32,000 nucleotides of DNA from Sinorhizobium meliloti (GTDB lineage: Bacteria > Pseudomonadota > Alphaproteobacteria > Rhizobiales > Rhizobiaceae), in contig NZ_JAGIOS010000004.1 in assembly GCF_017876815.1 (NCBI RefSeq), forward strand, positions 60,001 through 92,000, read 5' to 3'. This document shows positions 1 to 7,562 of this stretch, piece after piece. The translations under genes and the position numbers were made by a program. Under the pieces are notes generated by a model. The model saw only the letters and a program-made list of their open reading frames with translations, was not told where the DNA came from and did not search any database. The stretch's first letter is position 1. The number at the start of each line of letters is the position of its first letter.

Positions 1-341
1 TGGCAATGCGAGACACATGTGGATGTCGGCATGAATAGGATGCGATCACGGTATTTTTGGATGATGTTGCCCGTTGTGTCTGGCGGCATGTTGACCCTGT
101 CATCAACAAAGTCAGGAACCTCGCCGGGTGCCCGTATTTTGAGGCGCTCGTTCGTGGGATAAACCATACGATGGAGGGGACCTTCGGTATGGCCAAGGTG
201 CTTAATTTCGTCGTTTACTTTCCGTTTAAAGAACGGTGAGACTTTAATCGGCAGCAAACCCTCCCGTTCTCGCAATACCTCAAACGACTCATTCACTATC
301 CCCTGCCGCTGCGGGTTTGTTCTCAACGGTTCATGTTTCAT
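1..341 (-). CDS. KamA-family radical SAM protein (lysine 2,3-aminomutase-like), N-terminal ~113 codons; the gene continues past the window start
   Basis: Manual minus-strand translation from the ATG at 341-339 gives MKHEPLRTNPQRQGIVNESFEVLREREGLLPIKVSPFFKRKV..PLHRMVYPTNERL..GNIIQKYRDRILFMPTSTCVSHC. The YRDRILF-x-T-x-TC-xxx-C stretch matches the HRYPDRVLL..C-xxx-C-xx-C region recalled for KamA/EpmB enzymes. It is absent from the ORF track because it has no stop inside the window. Confidence 0.65.
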   Translation of the reverse strand, partial: MKHEPLRTNPQRQGIVNESFEVLREREGLLPIKVSPFFKRKVNDEIKHLGHTEGPLHRMVYPTNERLKIRAPGEVPDFVDDRVNMPPDTTGNIIQKYRDRILFMPTSTCVSHC

Positions 342-556
342 TTCCTACCCTCATTGTTCCCATGCGGTGCTATCGCGAGACAGGCTTTTGCGCGGCCGAC
401 ACGCTCTTCAATCAGTGAGGATTCAATGGACCAGAGGACCCGATGCAACGTTTCAAGGTCAACCGACGGAGGCGATTTCCCTCCTGGTGATTGTTCGCCA
501 TCTCTCAGTGTTGAGTCTTCCAAGATTACGTCTTCGCGAAACATCAATCCATCCAT
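338..556 (-). pseudogene. 72-aa ORF with the LRDGEQ motif of homocitrate/isopropylmalate-synthase-type enzymes; far too short, so probably a remnant
   Basis: The ORF reads MDGLMFREDVILEDSTLRDGEQSPGG... Its stop overlaps the kamA-like start as ATGA (338-341). Full-length family members are over 350 aa. Confidence 0.35.
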
Positions 557-559
557 CTC

Positions 560-1160
560 TCGTAGCCCGACTCGCGCCGTTCACGATTCGTGCCAATTAG
601 CTCGCCGAAATGAAGAAAAGCGCTTTGTGGTGACTGTCAGCAAGTTAGCCTAAATAAGGATAGGAGTCTGGCTAACAAGTCTGCGTAGCGAGCCTTACAA
701 ACCACTGAAGGTCTCGGATGGCTAACTGCACGCTGCACACACCTTCTGCACGCCGAGACTCGCTCGGTGACTACCAGAAGATGCTGCTGAGCCCGTGCCA
801 TGCCGGTCAAGGCGAGCGCGAGAAGCTCCCGCGAACGCTCCTGCATATGCCGGCGCCCGAAGACGGCCAGTGTTGTTTCCGTGATGGCTTCCGCAAAGAA
901 AGCATGGTTGGGTCCCGCTGCGAAACCGAACATTTCGCCTGGGAGATGAAAGGATACGACTTGTCGGCGTCCATCTGAAAGGAGGCGGTGACACGCACGG
1001 CTCCGGTCGAAACCTGATAGCACTTGTCGTTCAGATCCCCCTGCGCATAGATGTCGCGACCCGGCTTGTAGGTGGCGACAAGATGCGGCCCAGAAACTGG
1101 GGCCGGTCCAAGGTGTTCGGCCTCGATGGACTGTGGTTTGGCTTGTGCAGCGGCGTACAT
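560..1160 (-). pseudogene. Crp/Fnr-family (FixK-like) transcriptional regulator, decayed
   Basis: The N-terminal cNMP-binding part (..VATYKPGRDIYAQGDLNDKCYQVSTGAVRV) is in one frame. The continuation (LLSDGRRQVVSFHLPGEMFGFAAGPNHAFFAEAITETTLAVFGRR..) is in another, with a frameshift near 985-995. The HTH region is recognisable only across further shifts and an in-frame stop (..YPYLG*LADSHHKAL..). Confidence 0.6.
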
Positions 1161-1239
1161 GAATTATCCCCCGTTCGATGTGGGGACAGATTGCCAATTC
1201 GCGTGACCCGGGGATATTCGGTTAGATCACTAAAGGGAA

Positions 1240-1336
1240 CTACTTAGCCGCCTCGATCAGGCTGTTGATCACGCCGAGCAGGTCGGCACCGGTGAACGGT
1301 TTCGTCAATGTCGTGTAGTCCACACGTTGCTGAAGG
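1240..1336 (-). pseudogene. C-terminal scrap of a response-regulator receiver domain
   Basis: The minus-strand translation is ..LQQRVDYTTLTKPFTGADLLGVINSLIEAAK*. The KPF motif followed by a terminal helix is typical of receiver domains. The upstream part is replaced by the IS66-A tnpB fragment. Confidence 0.25.
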
Positions 1337-1483
1337 GCCGACAAGCCATCAAGCGGATACTTTCCCTGGCCGACGGCGAAAGAAGGAGTTGCGCATCTGA
1401 CGCAGGCTCAGCTTTCGATGCTTGTCGAAGGGATTGATTGGCGTCGACCGGCGTGGACTTCCGCTCCAGCTCGGACCGGCTAA
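1337..1483 (+). pseudogene. tnpB: IS66 TnpB (Orf2) C-terminal fragment
   Basis: The translation ..SGYFPWPTAKEGVAHLTQAQLSMLVEGIDWRRPAWTSAPARTG* has the GIDWRxP tail typical of IS66 Orf2. An in-frame TGA lies at 1331-1333. Confidence 0.7.
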
Positions 1484-1546
1484 GAGCTTTATTTTGCTTG
1501 AAAATCTGGGCAAAATGCTAGCGCTTCAGGCGCAAATCGGCTAGGT

Positions 1547-2898
1547 TTGCGGTCATGGAAACGACGTCGCTGGACAGTCGTGACGAAGTATCTGCATTGC
1601 GCGCTCTTCGCTGAACAGGCGGCGAAACTTGAGAGCCAAGAAGCCGAAGTCAGCAAGCGCGACTCCATTATCGGTCTTCTACGCGCACAGTTGGAACTGC
1701 TCCGCCATCGGCAGCACGGTCCTTCCTCTGAAAAGATCGACCGGAAGATCGAGCAATTTGAACTGATGCTGGAGGAGATCGAGGCCTCCCGTGCCGAGGC
1801 TGAGATGCGTTCTGGCAAGAACCCTTTACCGGAGCTGGACGACGCATTCGAGAAGCCGAAGCGCAAACCGTTGCCCGATGGTCTTCCAACCGAAGAGCGG
1901 GTCTATGCAGCGCCCTGCAATTGTCCGACGTGTGGTGGCGCATCGTTCCTGAAGGCCGCCGACAAGGTCGTTCAGGTGATGGAGCACGTGCCGGCGTCCG
2001 TTAAGGTTGTCCGCCATGTCGAGAAGCGCATGATCTGCAGGGACTGCGATACGACGGTATCCGGCGAAATGCCTACCTTGCCGATCGAGCGAGGCAAGCC
2101 CGGACCGGGCTTGCTCGCGCATATCATGGTCGCCAAGTTCGACGATCACATTCCGCTCTATCGTCTATCCGAGATGTACGACCGGCTGGGAATAGACATC
2201 TCCCGCTCCGTCATGGCGGACTGGGTGGGCCGTGTGTCCGTTCTGCTTGCGCCGCTCATCTTGCTGATTAGAGCGCATATCGCAGCGGTCGACCGAATAC
2301 ATACGGATGATACCCCGGTCGATGTTCTCGACCCAGGGCGAGGAAGGACCAAAACCGGCAGGGTCTGGGTCTACGTCTTCGATGGTAGCGGCTACCAAGA
2401 TACCACTCCCGGAGCCATTGCCTAATACTATAGCCCCGACCGTAAGGGCGCGCATCCGGCCGACCATCTCGCAAACTTCAGCGGTGTGATGCATGCCGAT
2501 GGCTATGGTGGTTACAAGAAGCTCTACGGCAACCAGATCGTCGAGGCCCCCTGCATGGCGCATGTGCGCTGCAAGTTCCATGATGTGATCAAGCTGAAGC
2601 CATCCCCGATCGCCGACGAAGCGCTGTCGCGCATCGGTGCGCTCTACGATATTGAGGATCGTATCCGCGGGATGTCGGCTGACCAGCGGCGTACACTGCG
2701 CCAGCAACATGCCAGGCCCATTCTGGCGGATCTCAAGAGCTGGATAGAAGAGACGCTTTCGACGCTGCCACACAAGCAGAAGCTGGCCGAGGCAATGCGA
2801 TATGCCCTCTCGCGATGGGCAGCATTGAGCGTTTACATCGACGATGGCCGTGTCGAAATCGATAACAACATAGCTGAACGAGCCATGCGTCCGCTTGG
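1547..2898 (+). pseudogene. tnpC: IS66 transposase TnpC of element A, 5' part
   Basis: The translation shows CPxCGG..CRDC zinc-finger-like motifs, ..HIPLYRLSEMY.. and ..HTDDTPVDVLDPG..GRVWVY... There is an in-frame TAA at 2423-2425. Reading stops making sense after ..NNIAERAMRPLG at 2898, and the sequence continues exactly at 12594 (..IGRKNWLFAGSDKGG..). Confidence 0.85.
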
Positions 2899-2926
2899 CG
2901 GGCCTGAGTCATTACGCACTCCTTCT

Positions 2927-4986
2927 TTAAGTATCTGTAAACATTGGAAGCGTCTCCGCGTCGGCGATGTGACACGGGCGCGCCTTTCGGGCTATCGCGG
3001 CTTGGACCGTCGCAGAAGCCAGGTCGCTGGCCCGGATTTGGTACGGCGCGCCGGGAACCACCTGCTCAGCAGACAACATCTTCGTCTTGATCAGGTGGCG
3101 TATCCGATGGTTGGTAACGCCCAAGGCCGCCGCAGCCTCTGTCATGGTCATCCACTCGCCGTCCTTGTCTGCTGATTTGTACGCGTGGATTGCGCGTACG
3201 CGCCTTACAGAAGCGACACGGTGTGCCGTCCAGGTTTTTCCTTGCCCCGTGGGCATGCCCATTCGATTGAGCGACGCGGCGATATGTTCATCCGACCAGC
3301 GCCCAGCCATGCTGCGCATCACCCCCAGCGCATCCTCCGTGGTGGCACAACCGTGCTCGCCGCTCTGGGGTTTGCGTACTTTTAGCTCTGAATGCTGACC
3401 ACCCTTCCAATGGATCGTCAGCACCACCTCACGCACCGCATCGTCGACATCAACGACAATGTCGGCAATCATGGTACGGAGCAATTGCTGGCGCGCGCGC
3501 ATGGTCACATCGGGTGAATCCCAGGCAGCCTGTAGATTATCGGCAAGGTTCGTGAAGGTGTCTGGGTCGACCTCGATGGTCGAAGGACTGTCGGCAGGCT
3601 TGCGCACTTCCAGGTCTCGCACGCGGCGTAACGCAGTCTCCCAATTCTTCTCAAGCTGCGCAGCAATCAGACGGTTGTCGGGGTCACATGCCGCATAGCG
3701 CCGCTCGGCAAGGCTAGCCTCGTAGCGGGCCTGCCGCAGTTCCAAATCGTGAATGTGGCGCTGATCTTCCTGTCGCTCCCGGTGCATCCGCTCTGCTTCA
3801 AAGGTCGCCTCGATTGCTAACGGTTCTACCGCGCGCAACAACTCGCGCGCAACCGCCGCGTCGACCCGCGGGCCGCCGAACGTCATGCATCGCGGCAAGC
3901 CCATCATCAGATTTGGCTTGTCGCAGCGATAGACCGGCCGACTTTGCGGATTGCCCGTATAGGCAACACTTAGTCGCCGCCCACACCGTCCGCAGGTCAG
4001 TAGACCCGATAATAGCGCCTTGCCGCCGCGGCCCGATTTGGTCCCGCCCGAGCGGCCATAATTGTTAAGCGCCAGTTGCTGTTGGTTGCGCTCGTACTCG
4101 TCCCAGGTGATGTAACCTTCGTGATGGTCTCTGATCATTACCTCCCACGTGCCAGCCGGCTTGCCGTGCCCGTAAGTCCGCCGCGCCCGGCCATCGACGT
4201 TGGCAGTCCGCTTCTCGCTCTTTCCATAAACATAGACGCCGGCATAGAAGGGGTTTTTGAGCATTACGGTAGCGGACTGGCGTCCAGACGAAGCTGGTCA
4301 TGCGACCTTCATCGGACGGCCGTGGGAAATGGACCTGATCCTTCGTCATCGACAGCAGCACCTGACGTGCACTTCCAAGCTCATGGAAGCGGGTGAAGAT
4401 GGATCGGATTACCTCCTGCAGACGCAGATCAGGATCAAGCCCGAGCCCGGCCTCTCTATGCCAGATGTAGCCGAACGGTACAGAAAGGCGCAATTCGCCG
4501 CGCCGCGCCTTCGATCTGGCGGCATCGAGCATTCGGGCTCTTAGCACACCCAATTCAAACTCGCTGATACTGCCCTTCATGCCCAGTAGCAGACGATCGT
4601 TGGGCCGACATGGATTGTAGACACCGTCATGGTCTATGACGCGGGCTTCAACGAGACCGCATAGTTCGAGCAGATGGTGCCAGTCGCGGCCGTTGCGTGC
4701 GAGCCGTGAGGCATCGAAACACAAAACGGCACCAACTTTGCCGGCGCACAACAAGGCGACGAGACGATCAAAGCCGGGGCGTGCAACCGTTCCGCTGGCA
4801 GAGCGTCCGAGGTCGTCGTCGATGACCTCAATGTCGCCGAAGCCGCGTTGTCGCGCGACGTCAACAAGATCATACTGGTCGCTGGCTTTCCAGATTGGTC
4901 ATGACCTGCGACTGAGTGGATTGCCGCACATAAACGACTGCCTTGCGCGCGAGTAGCGCTGCCGGAATTAAGTCAGTGCTGGTCAT
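2927..4986 (-). pseudogene. Large serine recombinase of copy X, with at least two frameshifts
   Basis: The start reads MTSTDLIPAALLARKAVVYVRQSTQSQVMTNLESQR, and a frameshift near 4885 precedes QYDLVDVARQRGFGDIEVIDDDLGRSASGTVARPGFDRLVALLCAGKVGAVLCFDASRLARNGRDWHHL... A second shift lies near 4270 before MLKNPFYAGVYVYG..HEGYITWDEYERNQ..CGRCGRRL... It is colinear with the intact 696-aa paralog at 7540-9630. Confidence 0.85.
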
Positions 4987-5127
4987 CGTTGAGCTCCTCG
5001 ACGACCAGACCGGCAGCCTGCATCAGCAGGCAAGCCAGTGTTGATGTCGCCTGCTTGCGCTCTTTGTCGCTCAGTCCGTCGAGTGTTCGCGCCTTGAATA
5101 TCAGGTCGAGCTGTCGGCCCGACGCCG
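4973..5127 (-). pseudogene. C-terminal part of small ORF b of copy X, cut by IS66-B
   Basis: The translation ..GRQLDLIFKARTLDGLSDKERKQATSTLACLLMQAAGLVVEELNDDQH* is homologous to the tail of ORF b in copy Y (..DQLVLELERQ..GLVETLADLLLEALE..DDHEDHV*). The N-terminal 12 codons lie at 12279-12252. Confidence 0.5.
5120..5127. repeat. 8-bp target-site duplication of IS66-B (CGACGCCG), left copy
   Basis: CGACGCCG immediately precedes GTAAGCG at 5128, and an identical octamer lies at 12244-12251 just beyond the other terminus. IS66-family elements are known to make 8-bp duplications. Confidence 0.85.
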
Positions 5128-5149
5128 GTAAGCGCTCATTTCCATGCGC
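5128..5149. repeat. IS66-B terminal inverted repeat (tnpC-proximal end)
   Basis: GTAAGCGCTCATTTCCATGCGC is identical to the reverse complement of the other end. Confidence 0.85.
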
Positions 5150-5198
5150 GTTGACGCGGCCCGTTTGACCGGGGTCGCTGTGCGACGGCTGCATTGGA

Positions 5199-6818
5199 TC
5201 AGGCAGCGGCTGCTTTGGTGAAGTTGAAGGGCAAGAGATCGGTGATGTCAGTATCTGTTGCGCGCTGTGGCAATTCACTAAGCACGTGGCGCAAGTAGGC
5301 CAAGGGCTCGACGCCGCAGGCGCGACAGGTCAGCATGATGCTGTAGACGACAGCGCTGGCCCTGGCTCCCTCCACGGTATCGCTGAACAGCCAGGATTTT
5401 CTTCCAGTGGCAAAAATCCTGATATCGCGTTCGAGAAGGTTGTTGTCGATCGACATCCTGCCGTCTTCGGTGTAGCGCGTCAGGTATTCCCACTGGTTCA
5501 GGGTGTAGGATACGGCGTCGCCGATCTTGCTATCGGGCAAGACCTTCGGCGCGATGTCATCGAGCCATGCCTTGAGAGCGATCAGGATGGGGACGCTGTG
5601 TTGTTGGCGGAAACGGCGGATGCAGTCGGCTTGCGTTTCGCCAACTTCCGGCTTTTCGTTCTTGGCTTGGCTTTCAATCCGGTAGAGCTGCTCGAAGAAC
5701 TTCAGCGCCTGCTCCGGCGGTCCGCCGCCTTTCTTCCTTGTCTTCAGAGCATCGATGAAGCGACGCCTCGAATGGGCCATACACCCAATATGGGTCGCTC
5801 CTGCCAGAGTGCGCCAGGCGGTGTAACCATCGCTCATCAATATGCCGCGGTAGTCGCCGAGGAAGGCCTGCGGATAAATCTGGCCGCGGCCGGGTTGATA
5901 ATCGAGCAGCACGATCGGCTCGCCGCTGTCTTCACCGCTCCTGTATGCCCACATGAAGGATGTGCTGGTGGCCTCCCTGTCCTTTTCCTTCAGCACCTGG
6001 ACCGTTGTCTCGTCACCATGGATCAGCGGTTGTGAACGAAGCCGGAGCTTCAGCGCGTCATAGATGCGAGAGAGATGCCTCTCGCTCGAGCCGATCACCC
6101 AGTGACCCAAAGCACCGCGGCTGACGGGAACGCCGGCGCGCTCGAAGGCCTGGGCGAGACGGTAGAGCGGCGTGCCGTCGATGTATTTGTGGACCAGTGC
6201 AAATGCCAGCGTCGAGGCCGTGGCGATGCTGCCCGGCAAGGGCTGCGCGGGCATTGGCGCGAGAACGACAGGCGTGTTGATGCCGGTCCGGTCGCAATGG
6301 CGGCAGGCGTACTTGAACCGCACATTCTGCAGGACCTTGGCCTTCACCTCGATATGGAGCTGCTCGGTGACGGCCTCACCCATGCGATGCATCTGATGAC
6401 GGCAGCAAGGGCAGGCCTTCTGGCCGTCGGCAAGGTCATACTCGACACGCTCGCGCGGCAGGTGTTCCGGCAGGGGCTTGCGGCCACGCTTCTTGCCCTC
6501 CGGTTTCTCGATCGTCGCAAAACCGGTTTCCGGCAGGTCGACGACCTCGCCATCTTCTCCGCTGGCGTCGTCTTCATCGGCAACCTGCTCGGCTTCATCG
6601 AAGAGGCGGTCCACATGCTTTTCGCTCTTCGGCGCAAAACGATGCAGCCGCGCCAGCTCCAACTCTTCCTCGAGCTTGACCACGCGGGCGCTGAGCGCTT
6701 CTTTCTCGGCTTTCAGCGCGGCGATTTCGGCAGCATTTGCCGCCAACTGCGCCATCAGTTCTGCAACGCTTGGTTCGCCGGATCGAGTCATCGTAGTTTT
6801 GAATCTGAACCGCACCAC
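5199..6818 (-). CDS. tnpC: IS66 transposase TnpC of element B, intact (539 aa)
   Basis: This full-length ORF has a leucine-zipper-like N-terminus, CPCC..CRHC motifs, ..GDETTVQVL.., ..SIDNNLLERDIRIFATGRKSWLF.. and a conserved C-terminus. Confidence 0.9.
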   Translation of the reverse strand: MVRFRFKTTMTRSGEPSVAELMAQLAANAAEIAALKAEKEALSARVVKLEEELELARLHRFAPKSEKHVDRLFDEAEQVADEDDASGEDGEVVDLPETGFATIEKPEGKKRGRKPLPEHLPRERVEYDLADGQKACPCCRHQMHRMGEAVTEQLHIEVKAKVLQNVRFKYACRHCDRTGINTPVVLAPMPAQPLPGSIATASTLAFALVHKYIDGTPLYRLAQAFERAGVPVSRGALGHWVIGSSERHLSRIYDALKLRLRSQPLIHGDETTVQVLKEKDREATSTSFMWAYRSGEDSGEPIVLLDYQPGRGQIYPQAFLGDYRGILMSDGYTAWRTLAGATHIGCMAHSRRRFIDALKTRKKGGGPPEQALKFFEQLYRIESQAKNEKPEVGETQADCIRRFRQQHSVPILIALKAWLDDIAPKVLPDSKIGDAVSYTLNQWEYLTRYTEDGRMSIDNNLLERDIRIFATGRKSWLFSDTVEGARASAVVYSIMLTCRACGVEPLAYLRHVLSELPQRATDTDITDLLPFNFTKAAAA

Positions 6819-6845
6819 CGCGTCAACCGCAGAAGTTCAGAGCCG

Positions 6846-7046
6846 TCAGCCGGCGATCTGATATTGCCGCACAGGGTGGCGCACCATGGCGTCGATATCG
6901 ATGCCGTCGAGAATCCAGTGAAGCTGCTCAGTCGAAAGCGTCACCACCGCCGTCTCCCGGCGTGGCCATCTGAACCGATCTTCGGTCAATCGCTTCAGGA
7001 CCATCACAAAACCGGACCGATCGAAGAACAGGAGCTTCATCCGGTC
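6846..7046 (-). pseudogene. tnpB: IS66 TnpB of element B, C-terminal 66 codons (split by LSR copy Y)
   Basis: The translation is DRMKLLFFDRSGFVMVLKRLTEDRFRWPRRETAVVTLSTEQLHWILDGIDIDAMVRHP... Joined to 9810-9658 it gives an in-frame 117-aa TnpB, the normal size (the intact copy at 24479-24835 is 118 aa). Confidence 0.85.
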
Positions 7047-7126
7047 ACGCCAGCGACCGACATTCTACATACGGTTTTCGTTTTGCGACGATAGCCTATC
7101 CGTGGCATCCACTATTCGGCTGCAAG

Positions 7127-7543
7127 GTGCAGGTCTCGCGTTATCGTCGCGGCAAGACGCTGATGCGAATCCATACGGACGAGCGTCCCGATCATCTCTC
7201 CCGTGAGTTGCCGAACTGGATGTTTGACGAGACTTATTGCAGCGGCATGAGGCTTGGATCACCCGAGATCAGCATTGATGGCCTGAATGAATTGGCGGCC
7301 GCGTTGGCGTCGTTCGACGCGACTCAGGCAGGAGGCGCAAGATCTCGTCCTTCGAGGAAGAAGGAGAAGGGTGATGCGAAGCAGGCGACATCAAAATCGC
7401 GACCAACTCGTTCTGGAGTTGGAGCGTCAAAATCGTCAGGTTCCGGTGGTCAAGAACGTCAAAGGACTGGTGGAAACGCTGGCGGATCTTCTGTTGGAGG
7501 CTTTGGAAGCGAGCAGAACGGCGAAGACGGGAGGCGTAGATGA
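7127..7543 (+). CDS. Small ORF a of copy Y (hypothetical; conserved N-terminal WM-D---C-GM-LG motif)
   Basis: It starts with GTG, and its stop overlaps the recombinase ATG as ATGA (7540-7543). The N-terminal half (..LPNWMFDETYCSGMRLGSPEISIDGLNELAAAL..) is homologous to copy X (..AGWMVDPVVCAGMTMGLARVDLAALIELNGL..). The C-terminal half is low-complexity R/G/S and may be out of frame. Confidence 0.4.
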   Translation: MQVSRYRRGKTLMRIHTDERPDHLSRELPNWMFDETYCSGMRLGSPEISIDGLNELAAALASFDATQAGGARSRPSRKKEKGDAKQATSKSRPTRSGVGASKSSGSGGQERQRTGGNAGGSSVGGFGSEQNGEDGRRR

Positions 7544-7562
7544 CCACGAAGATCACGTCTGA
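7374..7562 (+). CDS. Small ORF b of copy Y (62 aa, hypothetical; basic N-terminus, helical acidic C-terminus)
   Basis: The ATG at 7374 is preceded by AAGGAG (7361-7366). The product is MRSRRHQNRDQLVLELERQNRQVPVVKNVKGLVETLADLLLEALEASRTAKTGGVDDHEDHV. The same frame, the same Shine-Dalgarno plus ATG arrangement and a homologous sequence occur in copy X. It overlaps the recombinase start. Confidence 0.4.
   Translation: MRSRRHQNRDQLVLELERQNRQVPVVKNVKGLVETLADLLLEALEASRTAKTGGVDDHEDHV

Noticed and set aside
57-239. Plus-strand 60-aa ORF from the track
   Set aside because: The opposite strand encodes a convincing KamA-family N-terminus across this span. The plus-strand product has no recognisable features.
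4973-5278. A 101-aa minus-strand ORF in the track
   Set aside because: It is a chimera. The first half is read-through of the IS66-B terminus (5128-5278), and only 4973-5127 belongs to small ORF b of copy X.
7048-7055. The 8-bp inverted repeat CGCCAGCG at both ends of copy Y, considered as a general terminal repeat of the LSR element
   Set aside because: The right-hand copy includes 3 nt that are needed to restore tnpB, and copy X has no equivalent inverted repeat. It may be coincidental or target-derived, so it is reported only as evidence under the feature.
5286-7094. Long plus-strand ORFs (249 and 339 aa) antisense to tnpC of IS66-B; likewise 23432-24133 antisense to tnpC of IS66-C and 27316-27960 antisense to ardC
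   Set aside because: These are shadow ORFs typical of GC-rich DNA. Their products are low-complexity R/A/G-rich, and the opposite strand carries clearly homologous genes.
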